This document shows, piece by piece, positions 1-6,727 of a stretch of 7,903 bases of DNA (its first letter is position 1; every line of letters starts with the position of its first letter). Source of the DNA: a virus (taxonomy: Duplodnaviria; Heunggongvirae; Uroviricota; Caudoviricetes); IMG/VR virus record IMGVR_UViG_2703718674_000012. One strand, given 5' to 3'. Both the position numbers and the translations under genes were made by a program. The notes under the pieces were generated by a model. That model did not search any database and was not told the DNA's origin. It saw nothing but the letters and a program-made list of their open reading frames with translations.

Positions 1-201
1 CTGCTTCATAGCCTGCTTCTCCTTGACCTTTCGGTCCGTAAGAGGCAATCTATATGTGACGAGCATATAGGGGCCTCACTTCGATTTATAGTCGGGTGGG
101 GCTTTTATCTATCTGCCGTTGGTGTTCATGCCCGAGGCAGATAGCCTCAAGCACCCGCAGCAATCCTACTTAACTCTGCCGTTACAGCAAACCGTTTTCG
201 C

Positions 202-225
202 CCGATATGGGAATTCCCATATCGG
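202..225. repeat. Perfect 24-bp palindrome CCGATATGGGAATTCCCATATCGG, downstream of the binding-protein gene
   Basis: Read directly: the sequence is its own reverse complement (12-bp arms, no spacer). No T-run follows on either strand, so it is not a canonical intrinsic terminator. Function unknown (protein-binding site or cruciform). Confidence 0.5.
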
Positions 226-344
226 AATGAATTCAGTTCACCTGGCGAGGCTTAGCGTACAATTTTTTCCGTTTTGTGAGCTGCCCCTACATGCCGCTGG
301 CGCGGCATCCGGAAAAAGAATCCACGTCCTGAAGGACGAGGATG

Positions 345-1103
345 TCAAGTGCCTTTCCTGGTCCAGCCATATTTTTTGAATGCAGGCGCCGCTTCATCGG
401 TTTGTAGCCATTCTGCAAATCGACGGGTTTCATCATTTGCATCCTGACGTACTGTAATGTTCATATCACGCCATATCACGTAGTCTGGCGCTATTTCCAC
501 GACATCACCAATTTCTGGATTACTGGCTGCCCAGTCAGCCCAGGTTATCCAGACATCTGCTCCAGGCTGATTCTCAAGAGCCTTACGTGCAGTTCCGCTA
601 TTGGGCGCATATAAAATAATATTTTTTCGGATTGCGGCGACAGTTTCTATATTCCCTTTACGTCCGGCAATATCTTCCCAGACGCCAGTGCCTGATGTAT
701 TACTGGTACCACCACCATCATTAACAATTACGCCAATCCCAGGTCTGGTCAGGTCGTCAATACTCCGGATATTTTTAGGATTACCTTTCTTTACCAGTAA
801 AATACTTTTTCGCAGATAAAGAGGCTGAATATCTTTTTCACTGAAGCTGTCTTTATGGTCCCGAATGATAGCCAGAGCAGATTGTTCTGATGCGCCAAAC
901 AAGATATCTGCATTTTTTTTGGCATCTTCATTCCATTTGTTCTGTGGGCCGTAATGAACGTTCACTATAATACCTGTTTTTTCGGCATAAAGTTTGGCTG
1001 CATCAAGCAAGGCTGTATGCGGGCCACCAGGACCATACAGATTGATATCAGCATAAGCAGCAGAAGACAGGAATATTAAAAAACCTGCCATTATGTTCCT
1101 CAT
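345..1103 (-). CDS. Periplasmic substrate-binding protein, ModA-like (molybdate/tungstate-type fold); solitary, with no transporter partner genes in the window
   Basis: 252-aa ORF. RBS AAGGAG upstream of ATG at 1103. N-terminal signal peptide MRNIMAGFLIFLSSAAYA followed by D. Length, domain order and C-terminus (...FKKYGWT) resemble ModA as I recall it; not searched. Gene and its upstream region are visibly AT-richer than the phage genes. Confidence 0.6.
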   Translation of the reverse strand: MRNIMAGFLIFLSSAAYADINLYGPGGPHTALLDAAKLYAEKTGIIVNVHYGPQNKWNEDAKKNADILFGASEQSALAIIRDHKDSFSEKDIQPLYLRKSILLVKKGNPKNIRSIDDLTRPGIGVIVNDGGGTSNTSGTGVWEDIAGRKGNIETVAAIRKNIILYAPNSGTARKALENQPGADVWITWADWAASNPEIGDVVEIAPDYVIWRDMNITVRQDANDETRRFAEWLQTDEAAPAFKKYGWTRKGT

Positions 1104-1267
1104 AAAAAACTCCTTTTATTGGTTATCATGAAATAAAGTTATAAACACTACAAATAATATATATTACATCCAGATAAACTTATCCGACTTTACCTCGTGC
1201 ATAGCTTGTTATTTAAAGTCAACAAAATAAGGAAAATTATACGCATATTGAAGAGTATAAACCTTAC

Positions 1268-1295
1268 ATGTTGATTACATTTTTGTAATCAACAT
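1268..1295. repeat. Perfect inverted repeat ATGTTGATTACA-tttt-TGTAATCAACAT in the AT-rich region upstream of the binding-protein gene; candidate operator or hairpin
   Basis: Read directly: 12-bp arms at 1268-1279 and 1284-1295 are exact reverse complements with a 4-nt spacer. It lies about 165 bp upstream of the start codon at 1103 on the promoter side. Confidence 0.5.
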
Positions 1296-1521
1296 CCTGT
1301 TTGGAATAGCCAGCCTTTAATGGATAACTATTTCTGACAATGCAATGAGTATAATCAAGTCCATCTTCCACTGAGAATTAGAGGCGGCATGCTTTTTCCG
1401 GCTCTTGCCGGATATCCGTAATTGTCCATAATCTGCAGATTTATACCTTCTGCATGACCTGTCAGCGAAAATTTGTCCGGTGTTTCTACGGGAATGACAT
1501 CAAAAGTTACACGCACTCGCG

Positions 1522-1833
1522 TTACCGTGTAGACCTACTTTCCTGCACTTGCAAGATCACAGTGGTGTAACCGTAACAGGAATTTATTCTCTGGACCGGC
1601 AGTAAATCCCTGAGTGGCGTGGTTCCCATATCAATTTCCCGCCAGGCAGCCTCCATTGCCAGCGTACAGGCTGGAGCCATGACCTGCCCTTTAAATCTGG
1701 CCCGACCATCCCACCGGACGTGTTCTTCTCCCCTGAACTTAGGTACAGTCATCTCCAGTGGCACAAAAGTGTCAGCGCCATAATTTTTGACCGTTATCGC
1801 GCTACGGATATTTTGTTGACTGGTGAAAATCAC
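1522..1833 (-). CDS. Hypothetical protein, probably a fragment of a decayed nin-region gene (GTG start)
   Basis: 103-aa ORF with GTG start immediately after an in-frame stop and no convincing RBS. A second fragment in another frame (ATG 1939 or 1927 to stop 1802) overlaps its 5' end, consistent with a frameshifted gene. No recognisable family. Confidence 0.3.
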   Translation of the reverse strand: MIFTSQQNIRSAITVKNYGADTFVPLEMTVPKFRGEEHVRWDGRARFKGQVMAPACTLAMEAAWREIDMGTTPLRDLLPVQRINSCYGYTTVILQVQESRSTR

Positions 1834-1962
1834 CCCGCAGAATCAGGCTTATTCCCTTAACCTGGGCTTTCATCCTGACCGCCGCCTCACTACGACCAAT
1901 CAGACTGCCGATGCATTTTACCTTCATTGTTAGTATCATGATTTCAGGCCTGCACCATCCGC

Positions 1963-2697
1963 TCATTGCCCGGACTTCCGACAAATCCCGGCAACCATAT
2001 CCCGGTGCTTGTTCAGCTCCCGCAGCGCGGCGCAGACTCGCTCCCACTTCTGGACATGATTCTTCGCCCTACGCAGTTCGCGATTTGCCATATGCAGCGA
2101 TGGCAAAATCAAATCATCTTCTCGCGTTGCAGTAAACGATGGCAGCGACTGCACAATGTCCGCCACAGTTTCTGTTTTAATATCTTCCTGTGTTGCATCT
2201 TTCTGTACCGGTAACGCAACACCGGCTGGCTGAGGAAAGGCTTTACCATCGGTTTCCGCTACCGATTCAACTTTCGGCTCTGCTGGTAAATTATCACCTG
2301 GTATGCAGTAACGAATTTTACCGTTCTGGTTTACGCGAATCAGACGACCTTTGCTGATTGCCATTGCCAGCGTTGAAGCAACTTTGCGGGATGTTGTACC
2401 GAACAGCGTAGCCAGTTCATCCGCCGTTTGTGGTCCGCGTTGTTCAATCGTCGCGGTTAAATCGCACTCTGAGATTTTCGCTTCTGTTGCCGTGGTGGTT
2501 TCTTCTGGCGCTGGCTGTTCCTGCTGAACGTTGTTATCAGCCACACGCCAGGTGTATACGCTTTTATCAACGAAGCCAGCCTTTTTCAGTTCCCACAGCT
2601 CGTTCAGTACTTCTTCACGACTGATATCAAGTCGCGCAGCCAGCTATACCGACGTGGCTTTTCCCATCGCTTTCAGTGCGTCAAAAACGGTTTCCAT
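1963..2697 (-). pseudogene. Conserved prophage protein with two predicted winged-helix-like segments, interrupted by an in-frame amber codon at codon 18 (TAG at 2644-2646); the longest intact ORF is 1963-2544 from a GTG
   Basis: Strong RBS GGGAGG about 8 nt upstream of ATG at 2697. Translation reads METVFDALKAMGKATSV[32 protein letters not shown]... and continues in the same frame into the 193-aa ORF from the track. The sequence across the stop looks like one continuous N-terminal domain. Confidence 0.5.
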
Positions 2698-2731
2698 TAA
2701 ATTTTCCTCCCGGTAAAAATTACTTCTCAAC

Positions 2732-3397
2732 TCAGACAAAACCGGCCGCTTTCCGGCGTTCATATTCCTGTTTCAGCAACTCAATTGGCGTTGGCCCCGA
2801 CGGGCGTTTGGGGGCCGCCAGTTGTCGCCGGACTGGCGGAACGCTCAGGCCGTTACTAACATGCTTTGCCCATTTCGTCAGTTGCCGTTCTGCAAGCCGT
2901 TTTAATTCCCCTTCGGTCATCTGGCGCTCAATCCCCTTTGAACGCATCTCGAGGCAAATGTGATACAGCACAGGCTGAGACCACGGGTACTTATCACTTC
3001 CGTCGTATCGCCAGGACTCATTGCGCCAGCGGCGGTACTCCTCCATCACAGCATCCACCGTCAGACCGAATGGATTGGCTCCGCTTTTCGAAATCAGTGC
3101 CACAAACTCAGCCAGGTCCGGAGGCCATGTTTCACCCGCCCGGCAGCGGTCCATGCACTGGCGGCAGACCTGCCGGATTTGCTGCTCAGTCATCGCGCCA
3201 ATCTGTGCAATCCAGAGCTTCGAAGGTGCGGCCCCGTTCTTCTGGATCCAGCGGTTCGAATAAACCACCCCCATGAGTTCCCACAGCTTCCAGGCCGTTT
3301 CCGTCGCTGATAAATCCGTTTTCACGTTCCCACTGCTCACGTGCTGCCCGAATTTCCTGAACTGCCCGTGATGCGGTGCCACCTGGTGCTGCTGCAT
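2732..3397 (-). CDS. Replication protein P-like (lambda P family helicase loader)
   Basis: 221-aa ORF. RBS AAAGGGG upstream of ATG at 3397, which directly follows an in-frame TAA. The C-terminal half (DKYPWSQPVLYHICLEMRSKG...ELKRLAERQL) resembles lambda P (ESYPWKSNAHYWLVTNLYQNM...ELRRKAADEL) as I recall it. Third-codon-position GC is high in this frame across 3191-3390 (hand count). Confidence 0.75.
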   Translation of the reverse strand: MQQHQVAPHHGQFRKFGQHVSSGNVKTDLSATETAWKLWELMGVVYSNRWIQKNGAAPSKLWIAQIGAMTEQQIRQVCRQCMDRCRAGETWPPDLAEFVALISKSGANPFGLTVDAVMEEYRRWRNESWRYDGSDKYPWSQPVLYHICLEMRSKGIERQMTEGELKRLAERQLTKWAKHVSNGLSVPPVRRQLAAPKRPSGPTPIELLKQEYERRKAAGFV

Positions 3398-4225
3398 GGT
3401 TTACCCCTTTGCTGACTGGTTTAACCTGCGCCCTGACGTGATTTACGTGACGGGCGAATTTCTGCTCCCACTGAATCTGCGTAAACACTTTCCCCTCCGC
3501 TGCCCAGTAGTCCCGGAAGGCGGCAAGTTCAGCAGGTGTAAATTCTGTCTCCGGCAAAGCCATCCCCCACAACGCAGCCCGTCGTCGAAAATCCCGTGAC
3601 GGATACCAGCTATCGCTCATCGGGAATTTTCCGATGGGTTCGCTCAGGCCATACAGGAATACAGGGGGGCTGCCTGTAACGACAAAACTTCCTGCTCACT
3701 GGTCGGAGCACTCTCGCGTGCGTTATGTGTGGGGTTTAGATCTTTGGGTTCCTTTGGGTTCCGTGATCCGTTTTTGGGTGTCTTTGATGGAAAATTTGGG
3801 TGTCTTTGGTTATTTTCCATGCAGCTAAGAGTTCTGTTTTTGGGTCTGTTTTGTGCTGAAACATAACCATTTTCGGTACTGTTTTTATTAACAGCACCAA
3901 TTGTACCCACCTTTAAAGACTCCCGTTTTTGGGTGTATTCAGGCTCGGCAACACTTTCTTCTACACCGATAAGTCGGTACACCACAATTTGCTTTGTTCT
4001 GCCTTTTCTCTCACCGGTATCAACAATTAACCCAATCTCCATCAGGTGTCGTAAGCTGTCCTGCACAGTCTTTTTGTTCAGTTCCGTTACTTCTGCCAGT
4101 GCAGATACAGACGGGTATGCACACAAATCGGCACCGCACATATCAGCAAGCCAGGTCAATACTGACTTACTGGATGAACTGCCGGTTTTCACCTTTTTAG
4201 CCCATCGTAGTGCATCGATACTCAT
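3186..4225 (-). pseudogene. Replication initiator O-like (N-terminal HTH, iteron-encoded linker, C-terminal DnaT-like domain), split by a frameshift at a C6 tract (plus-strand G6 at 3664-3669)
   Basis: N-terminal part: ATG 4225 with RBS AGGGGG, HTH-like MSIDALRWAKKV...LTWLADMCG...LIGV, frame ends at stop 3644-3646. C-terminal part: a different frame is open from 3695 to 3186 and encodes PIGKFPMSDSWYPSRDFRRRAALWGMAL...AEGKVFTQIQWEQKFAR, which resembles the C-terminal domain of E. coli DnaT as I recall it. Adding one C to the C6 tract joins the two frames as ...SLQAAPPVFLYGLSEPIGKFPMSDSW... Confidence 0.6.
3743..3936. repeat. Iteron cluster plus AT-rich tract; candidate origin of replication inside the O-like gene
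   Basis: TTTGGGT core at 3743, 3753, 3773, 3795, 3839 and 3928. Two perfect 14-mers TTTGGGTGTCTTTG at 3773-3786 and 3795-3808. Tandem TTTGGGTTCC at 3743-3762. AT-rich segment about 3810-3900. This layout matches lambda ori lying within O (established knowledge). Confidence 0.6.
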
Positions 4226-4748
4226 ACGACCCCCTGGCAGACATTTGTTTATCTGCAAAGTAATATTGGTATTGCTGACGATACGCGTGCTTGAAAGCAA
4301 TAGCTTTTTCTATAAGCTCGTCAGTCTCACGTTCCACAACAACTGGATCCGCAAAAAGCAGCCCGGACTCCACCACATCGCCATATTCTTTGTTTAACCC
4401 GGCGATCATGTACGTAATGCTTTTTCCGTCAGTAATTTCACAATACAATCTGAAATCGCTGATCCGGATAGCCTCCATAATTGCCGGAATCAGCGCCGTG
4501 AATTTGTCACGCTTATCTCTGGTGTCGATAGCTTTCCAGCGTTCGAATATCTTCACCCGGTTAACGCCCAGCGCCCGTTGATCAACCTCGCCATCATTAA
4601 ACGTGACGCGTTGAACATCGATGTTCGGGCGTTCTTTCAGAGCCCAGAATGCTTCCGTGATTAATATCGTCGCCTGCTCCTGTGTCATTCCTGGTCGGCA
4701 TACCCAGGTATCCAGAGCCTCACAAACCTGTTCAGTGGTGATTTTCAT
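4197..4748 (-). CDS. YdaT-like protein in the CII position (between the cro-like gene and O); candidate CII functional analogue
   Basis: 183-aa ORF. Its start overlaps the dicC stop by 17 nt and its end overlaps the O-like start by 29 nt. N-terminus MKI... and the motif ERWKAIDTRDKRDKFTALIPAIMEAI resemble Rac YdaT (HRWLKGETKTQREKIQKLIPAILAIL) as I recall it; not searched. Confidence 0.5.
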   Translation of the reverse strand: MKITTEQVCEALDTWVCRPGMTQEQATILITEAFWALKERPNIDVQRVTFNDGEVDQRALGVNRVKIFERWKAIDTRDKRDKFTALIPAIMEAIRISDFRLYCEITDGKSITYMIAGLNKEYGDVVESGLLFADPVVVERETDELIEKAIAFKHAYRQQYQYYFADKQMSARGSYEYRCTTMG

Positions 4749-4959
4749 TGTTCAACCGCCCCGCCCGCTTTGCCTTACGATATTCGTCATAAACTTTGGG
4801 GTCGTACTGAAGTTCCCCGCCGGATGCCTCTTGCAGGCGCATCGCGCGACCTTCAGGAACCAGTTCCCCCCATGCAGCAACGCTTGCCAGCCTAACTCCT
4901 GCGACATTGGCAAGCTTTGTTTTGCTGCCAAAAAACGCTATAGCATCAATTTTCAACAT
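4732..4959 (-). CDS. dicC: DicC, Cro-like repressor of the Qin-type immunity region
   Basis: 75-aa ORF divergent from dicA. RBS AAGGGG upstream of ATG at 4959. Protein MLKIDAIAFFGSKTKLANVAGVRLAS...GRAMRLQEASGGELQYDPKVYDEYRKAKRAGRL closely matches K-12 DicC as I recall it. Confidence 0.85.
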   Translation of the reverse strand: MLKIDAIAFFGSKTKLANVAGVRLASVAAWGELVPEGRAMRLQEASGGELQYDPKVYDEYRKAKRAGRLNNENHH

Positions 4960-5035
4960 ATCGAACCCCTTAGATTTTCCTAAGGAAACTAGATCGTAGA
5001 GAAACCTAAGTCAAGAAAAATTAGAATTACCTAAT
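4960..5035. promoter_or_regulatory. dicA-dicC divergent control region: candidate dicC promoter, candidate operators, and a -10-like element for an apparently leaderless dicA
   Basis: Minus strand: -35 TTGACT (plus 5009-5014), 17-nt spacer, -10 TAGTTT (plus 4986-4991). Palindrome CTTAGATTTTCCTAAG at 4969-4984. 15-mer GTAGAGAAACCTAAG at 4996-5010 is the reverse complement of CTTAGGTTTCTCTAC and is repeated with one mismatch at 5518-5532. Plus strand: TAGAAT at 5022-5027, 8 nt before the dicA ATG, which has no SD. Confidence 0.45.
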
Positions 5036-5443
5036 ATGAAAAACGAAACCTTCGGTGCTCGCCTCTTATACAGGCGAAAAAAATTAAAACTGTCTCAGGC
5101 CGCATTAGGTAAGCTGGTCAAAGTGGCTCACGTAACAATTTCTCAATGGGAAAGAGATGAAACACAGCCAGCGGGGAAGAGATTATTCGCACTGAGCCAG
5201 GCGCTTCAGTGCTCGCCGACTTGGCTTCTTTTTGGAGATGAAGATAAGCAACCAGGCGAACCGATCCCAGATAATCAGCCAGTCAATCTGACAGAAGATC
5301 AAAAAGAGTTGCTTCAACTGTTCGACGCACTGCCTGAGTCAGAGCAAAAGGCTCTGTTGTCAGAGATGCGTGCTCGAGTTGAGAATTTCAACAAACTTTT
5401 TGAAGAACTACTCAAAGCTCGCAAAAGAAGCGCAAATAAATAA
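5036..5443 (+). CDS. dicA: DicA, cI-like HTH repressor of the dicB operon
   Basis: 135-aa ORF. HTH region LKLSQAALGKLVKVAHVTISQWER and C-terminus ...FALSQALQCSPTWLLFGDEDKQP...LPESEQ...EMRARVENFNKLFEELLKAR match K-12 DicA as I recall it, including identical length. No SD; see leaderless hypothesis. Confidence 0.9.
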   Translation: MKNETFGARLLYRRKKLKLSQAALGKLVKVAHVTISQWERDETQPAGKRLFALSQALQCSPTWLLFGDEDKQPGEPIPDNQPVNLTEDQKELLQLFDALPESEQKALLSEMRARVENFNKLFEELLKARKRSANK

Positions 5444-5517
5444 CCCCCCTTTTTTTCGCAACTCTCTGTAATAAAAAGCACAAACTTTCAAATACTTGTG
5501 TTTTTTACATCAAGAAG

Positions 5518-5574
5518 CTTAGGTTTTTCTACACAAAAGCTTGACCATAACTCTTAGGCTATTCTAAATTCTAC
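5518..5574 (+). promoter_or_regulatory. Candidate dicB-operon promoter (pL equivalent) with flanking candidate DicA operator sites
   Basis: -35 TTGACC at 5541-5546, 17-nt spacer, -10-like CTAAAT at 5564-5569. Operator-like CTTAGGTTTTTCTAC at 5518-5532 abuts the -35. A related CTTAGG...TTCTAC element at 5553-5574 overlaps the spacer and -10. Promoter assignment is inference. Confidence 0.4.
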
Positions 5575-5649
5575 TCATCAAGACACCGCACGGTGTTCTC
5601 AGCAAACAGTTCCGCTACCCGGCGTTAAGGGGAAGCAGAGGATTTCTCA

Positions 5650-6006
5650 GTGGGCGAAGTCAAACATCAGAATGGAAGGCGTCCAGGGATCAGCAAAGAA
5701 ACAGCGATGGCGCTTTATATTGATATCAGCGCCATTGCCGGACAGGTAAGAGTTATCAGAGCGGTAACTAAGCGGTATGCGCCTTTACTTCAGAAAGTCT
5801 CTGGTGAGTGCACCGAAGATATTGTCAACGATTTCGTCATCGAACTGCGAGGACTCATCTTCAGTTACAAGGTGACCACAATTTTTGCAGATGGCTCCCG
5901 CGAAACTGTCAGAGCCCTGCGGCTTAAAGGATGTGTCAAAGACTTAGCCACCACATTCTGGGCAAGAAAACTTGATTGTATTCATAACCAATTTCCTCTC
6001 GAGTAA
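5650..6006 (+). CDS. Hypothetical protein at the ydfA/ydfB position of the dicB operon (start GTG 5650, or ATG 5707)
   Basis: 118-aa ORF with SD-like AGAGGA 7 nt upstream of GTG 5650. First gene downstream of the candidate operon promoter. The internal ATG at 5707 would give 99 aa. No family recognised with confidence. Confidence 0.5.
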   Translation: MGEVKHQNGRRPGISKETAMALYIDISAIAGQVRVIRAVTKRYAPLLQKVSGECTEDIVNDFVIELRGLIFSYKVTTIFADGSRETVRALRLKGCVKDLATTFWARKLDCIHNQFPLE

Positions 6007-6078
6007 CAGACCCCTCAGAGGATACCACCTCGCCTGACGTGGTTAAAAAGCAGGCAACGCTAACCACAAGGAGCCGAC

Positions 6079-6297
6079 ATGCAGAAACGAGACCCCGTCA
6101 TCATCGCGCCAGACTATACCGATGATGAACTTTATGAGTGGATGCACCAGAAAATTAAGGCGGTGCAGGACCTGAAATGGGCCAATGAAGCCAGGGCTAA
6201 GCAGGCTGAAAATCTGTCCGCTCTGGAGCAGGATATCACCAATCTGGAAAAAGCAGCGGCATTAAGCATTGCCAGAATGATTACATACCCACGTTAA
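6079..6297 (+). CDS. ydfC: YdfC-like small protein of the dicB operon
   Basis: 72-aa ORF with strong RBS AAGGAG 6 nt upstream of the ATG. Size and operon position match K-12 ydfC. Sequence identity to YdfC is recalled only loosely. Confidence 0.6.
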   Translation: MQKRDPVIIAPDYTDDELYEWMHQKIKAVQDLKWANEARAKQAENLSALEQDITNLEKAAALSIARMITYPR

Positions 6298-6319
6298 TAG
6301 CTAACCAACGAGGCTAATA

Positions 6320-6727
6320 ATGGAATTTAAAGATTTACCAACGCCATTACAGGAAATGGCATCGAATATAGTTCGTTCACAACTGGCTACTCTTGACCTT
6401 AGTACCGCAGAAAAAGAAACCATCGATAATATGGTTCGTAATGTGCGCAATGCTTTTTCTGGGCTATATGGTTCTGATAATCAAAAGCAGGAAAGCGATG
6501 TTAATAAACGGGTAATTTCTGTTTGCGTGAATGGCCATGTTCTTTCATCAATCAAAACAGAAACGGCGACAGTCTTCGATTGCCTTTGCATTGTACAGAG
6601 CCTTGTTGATGCCCTGTTTCGTTCAGTGAATTTAGAAAATGATGCAAATCTGCGAGGGCGCATAATAGCACATCCATATGCACATACTTTAGGCTCTGTG
6701 GATATCAAAGATCCCACAAATCTTTAA
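6320..6727 (+). CDS. Hypothetical protein, no recognisable family; AT-rich gene following ydfC by 22 nt
   Basis: 135-aa ORF (MEFKDLPTPLQEMASNIVRSQLATLDLSTAEKETIDNMVRNV...). GAGG-type RBS about 8 nt upstream. Visibly AT-richer than neighbouring phage genes. Its 3' end overlaps the convergent ORF 6705-6938 by 23 nt. Confidence 0.55.
   Translation: MEFKDLPTPLQEMASNIVRSQLATLDLSTAEKETIDNMVRNVRNAFSGLYGSDNQKQESDVNKRVISVCVNGHVLSSIKTETATVFDCLCIVQSLVDALFRSVNLENDANLRGRIIAHPYAHTLGSVDIKDPTNL

Noticed and set aside
1-9. Possible start of a minus-strand gene running off the left edge (ATG at 9-7 with AAGGAG-like RBS upstream)
   Set aside because: Only three codons are visible in the window, so it cannot be supported as a feature.
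281-320. REP-like element (CCGGATGCCGCGCCAGCGGCATGTAGG on the minus strand)
   Set aside because: Only a partial resemblance to the enterobacterial REP consensus as I recall it, and it lies close to the gene end; too weak to call.
119-379. Plus-strand 86-aa ORF
   Set aside because: No RBS, overlaps the 3' end of the binding-protein gene in antisense, and the translation has no protein-like character; the interval is better explained by palindromic non-coding sequence.
601-819. Plus-strand 72-aa ORF
   Set aside because: Lies wholly antisense inside the binding-protein gene, which has a signal peptide and a clear family resemblance.
1911-2214. Plus-strand ORFs 1911-2135 and 1966-2214
   Set aside because: Antisense to the winged-helix gene; arginine and proline-rich translations typical of reading GC-rich coding sequence backwards.
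2430-3599. Plus-strand ORFs antisense to the replication genes (2430-2624, 2531-2716, 2676-2963, 2866-3276, 2960-3310, 3021-3263, 3396-3599)
   Set aside because: All overlap minus-strand genes that have RBSs and family resemblance; the translations are low-complexity and Arg/Ser/Pro-rich.
3743-3936. Possible CRISPR array
   Set aside because: The repeats are short (7-14 bp), irregularly spaced, lack unique spacers of uniform length, and sit inside a replication gene; they are iterons.
3634-4983. Plus-strand ORFs 3634-3828, 3933-4397, 3994-4200, 4291-4581 and 4621-4983
   Set aside because: Antisense to the O-like, YdaT-like and dicC genes; 3634-3828 is simply a translation of the iteron repeats.
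6481-6717. Minus-strand 78-aa ORF inside the 135-aa gene
   Set aside because: Fully contained antisense within the better-supported plus-strand ORF, with no RBS.
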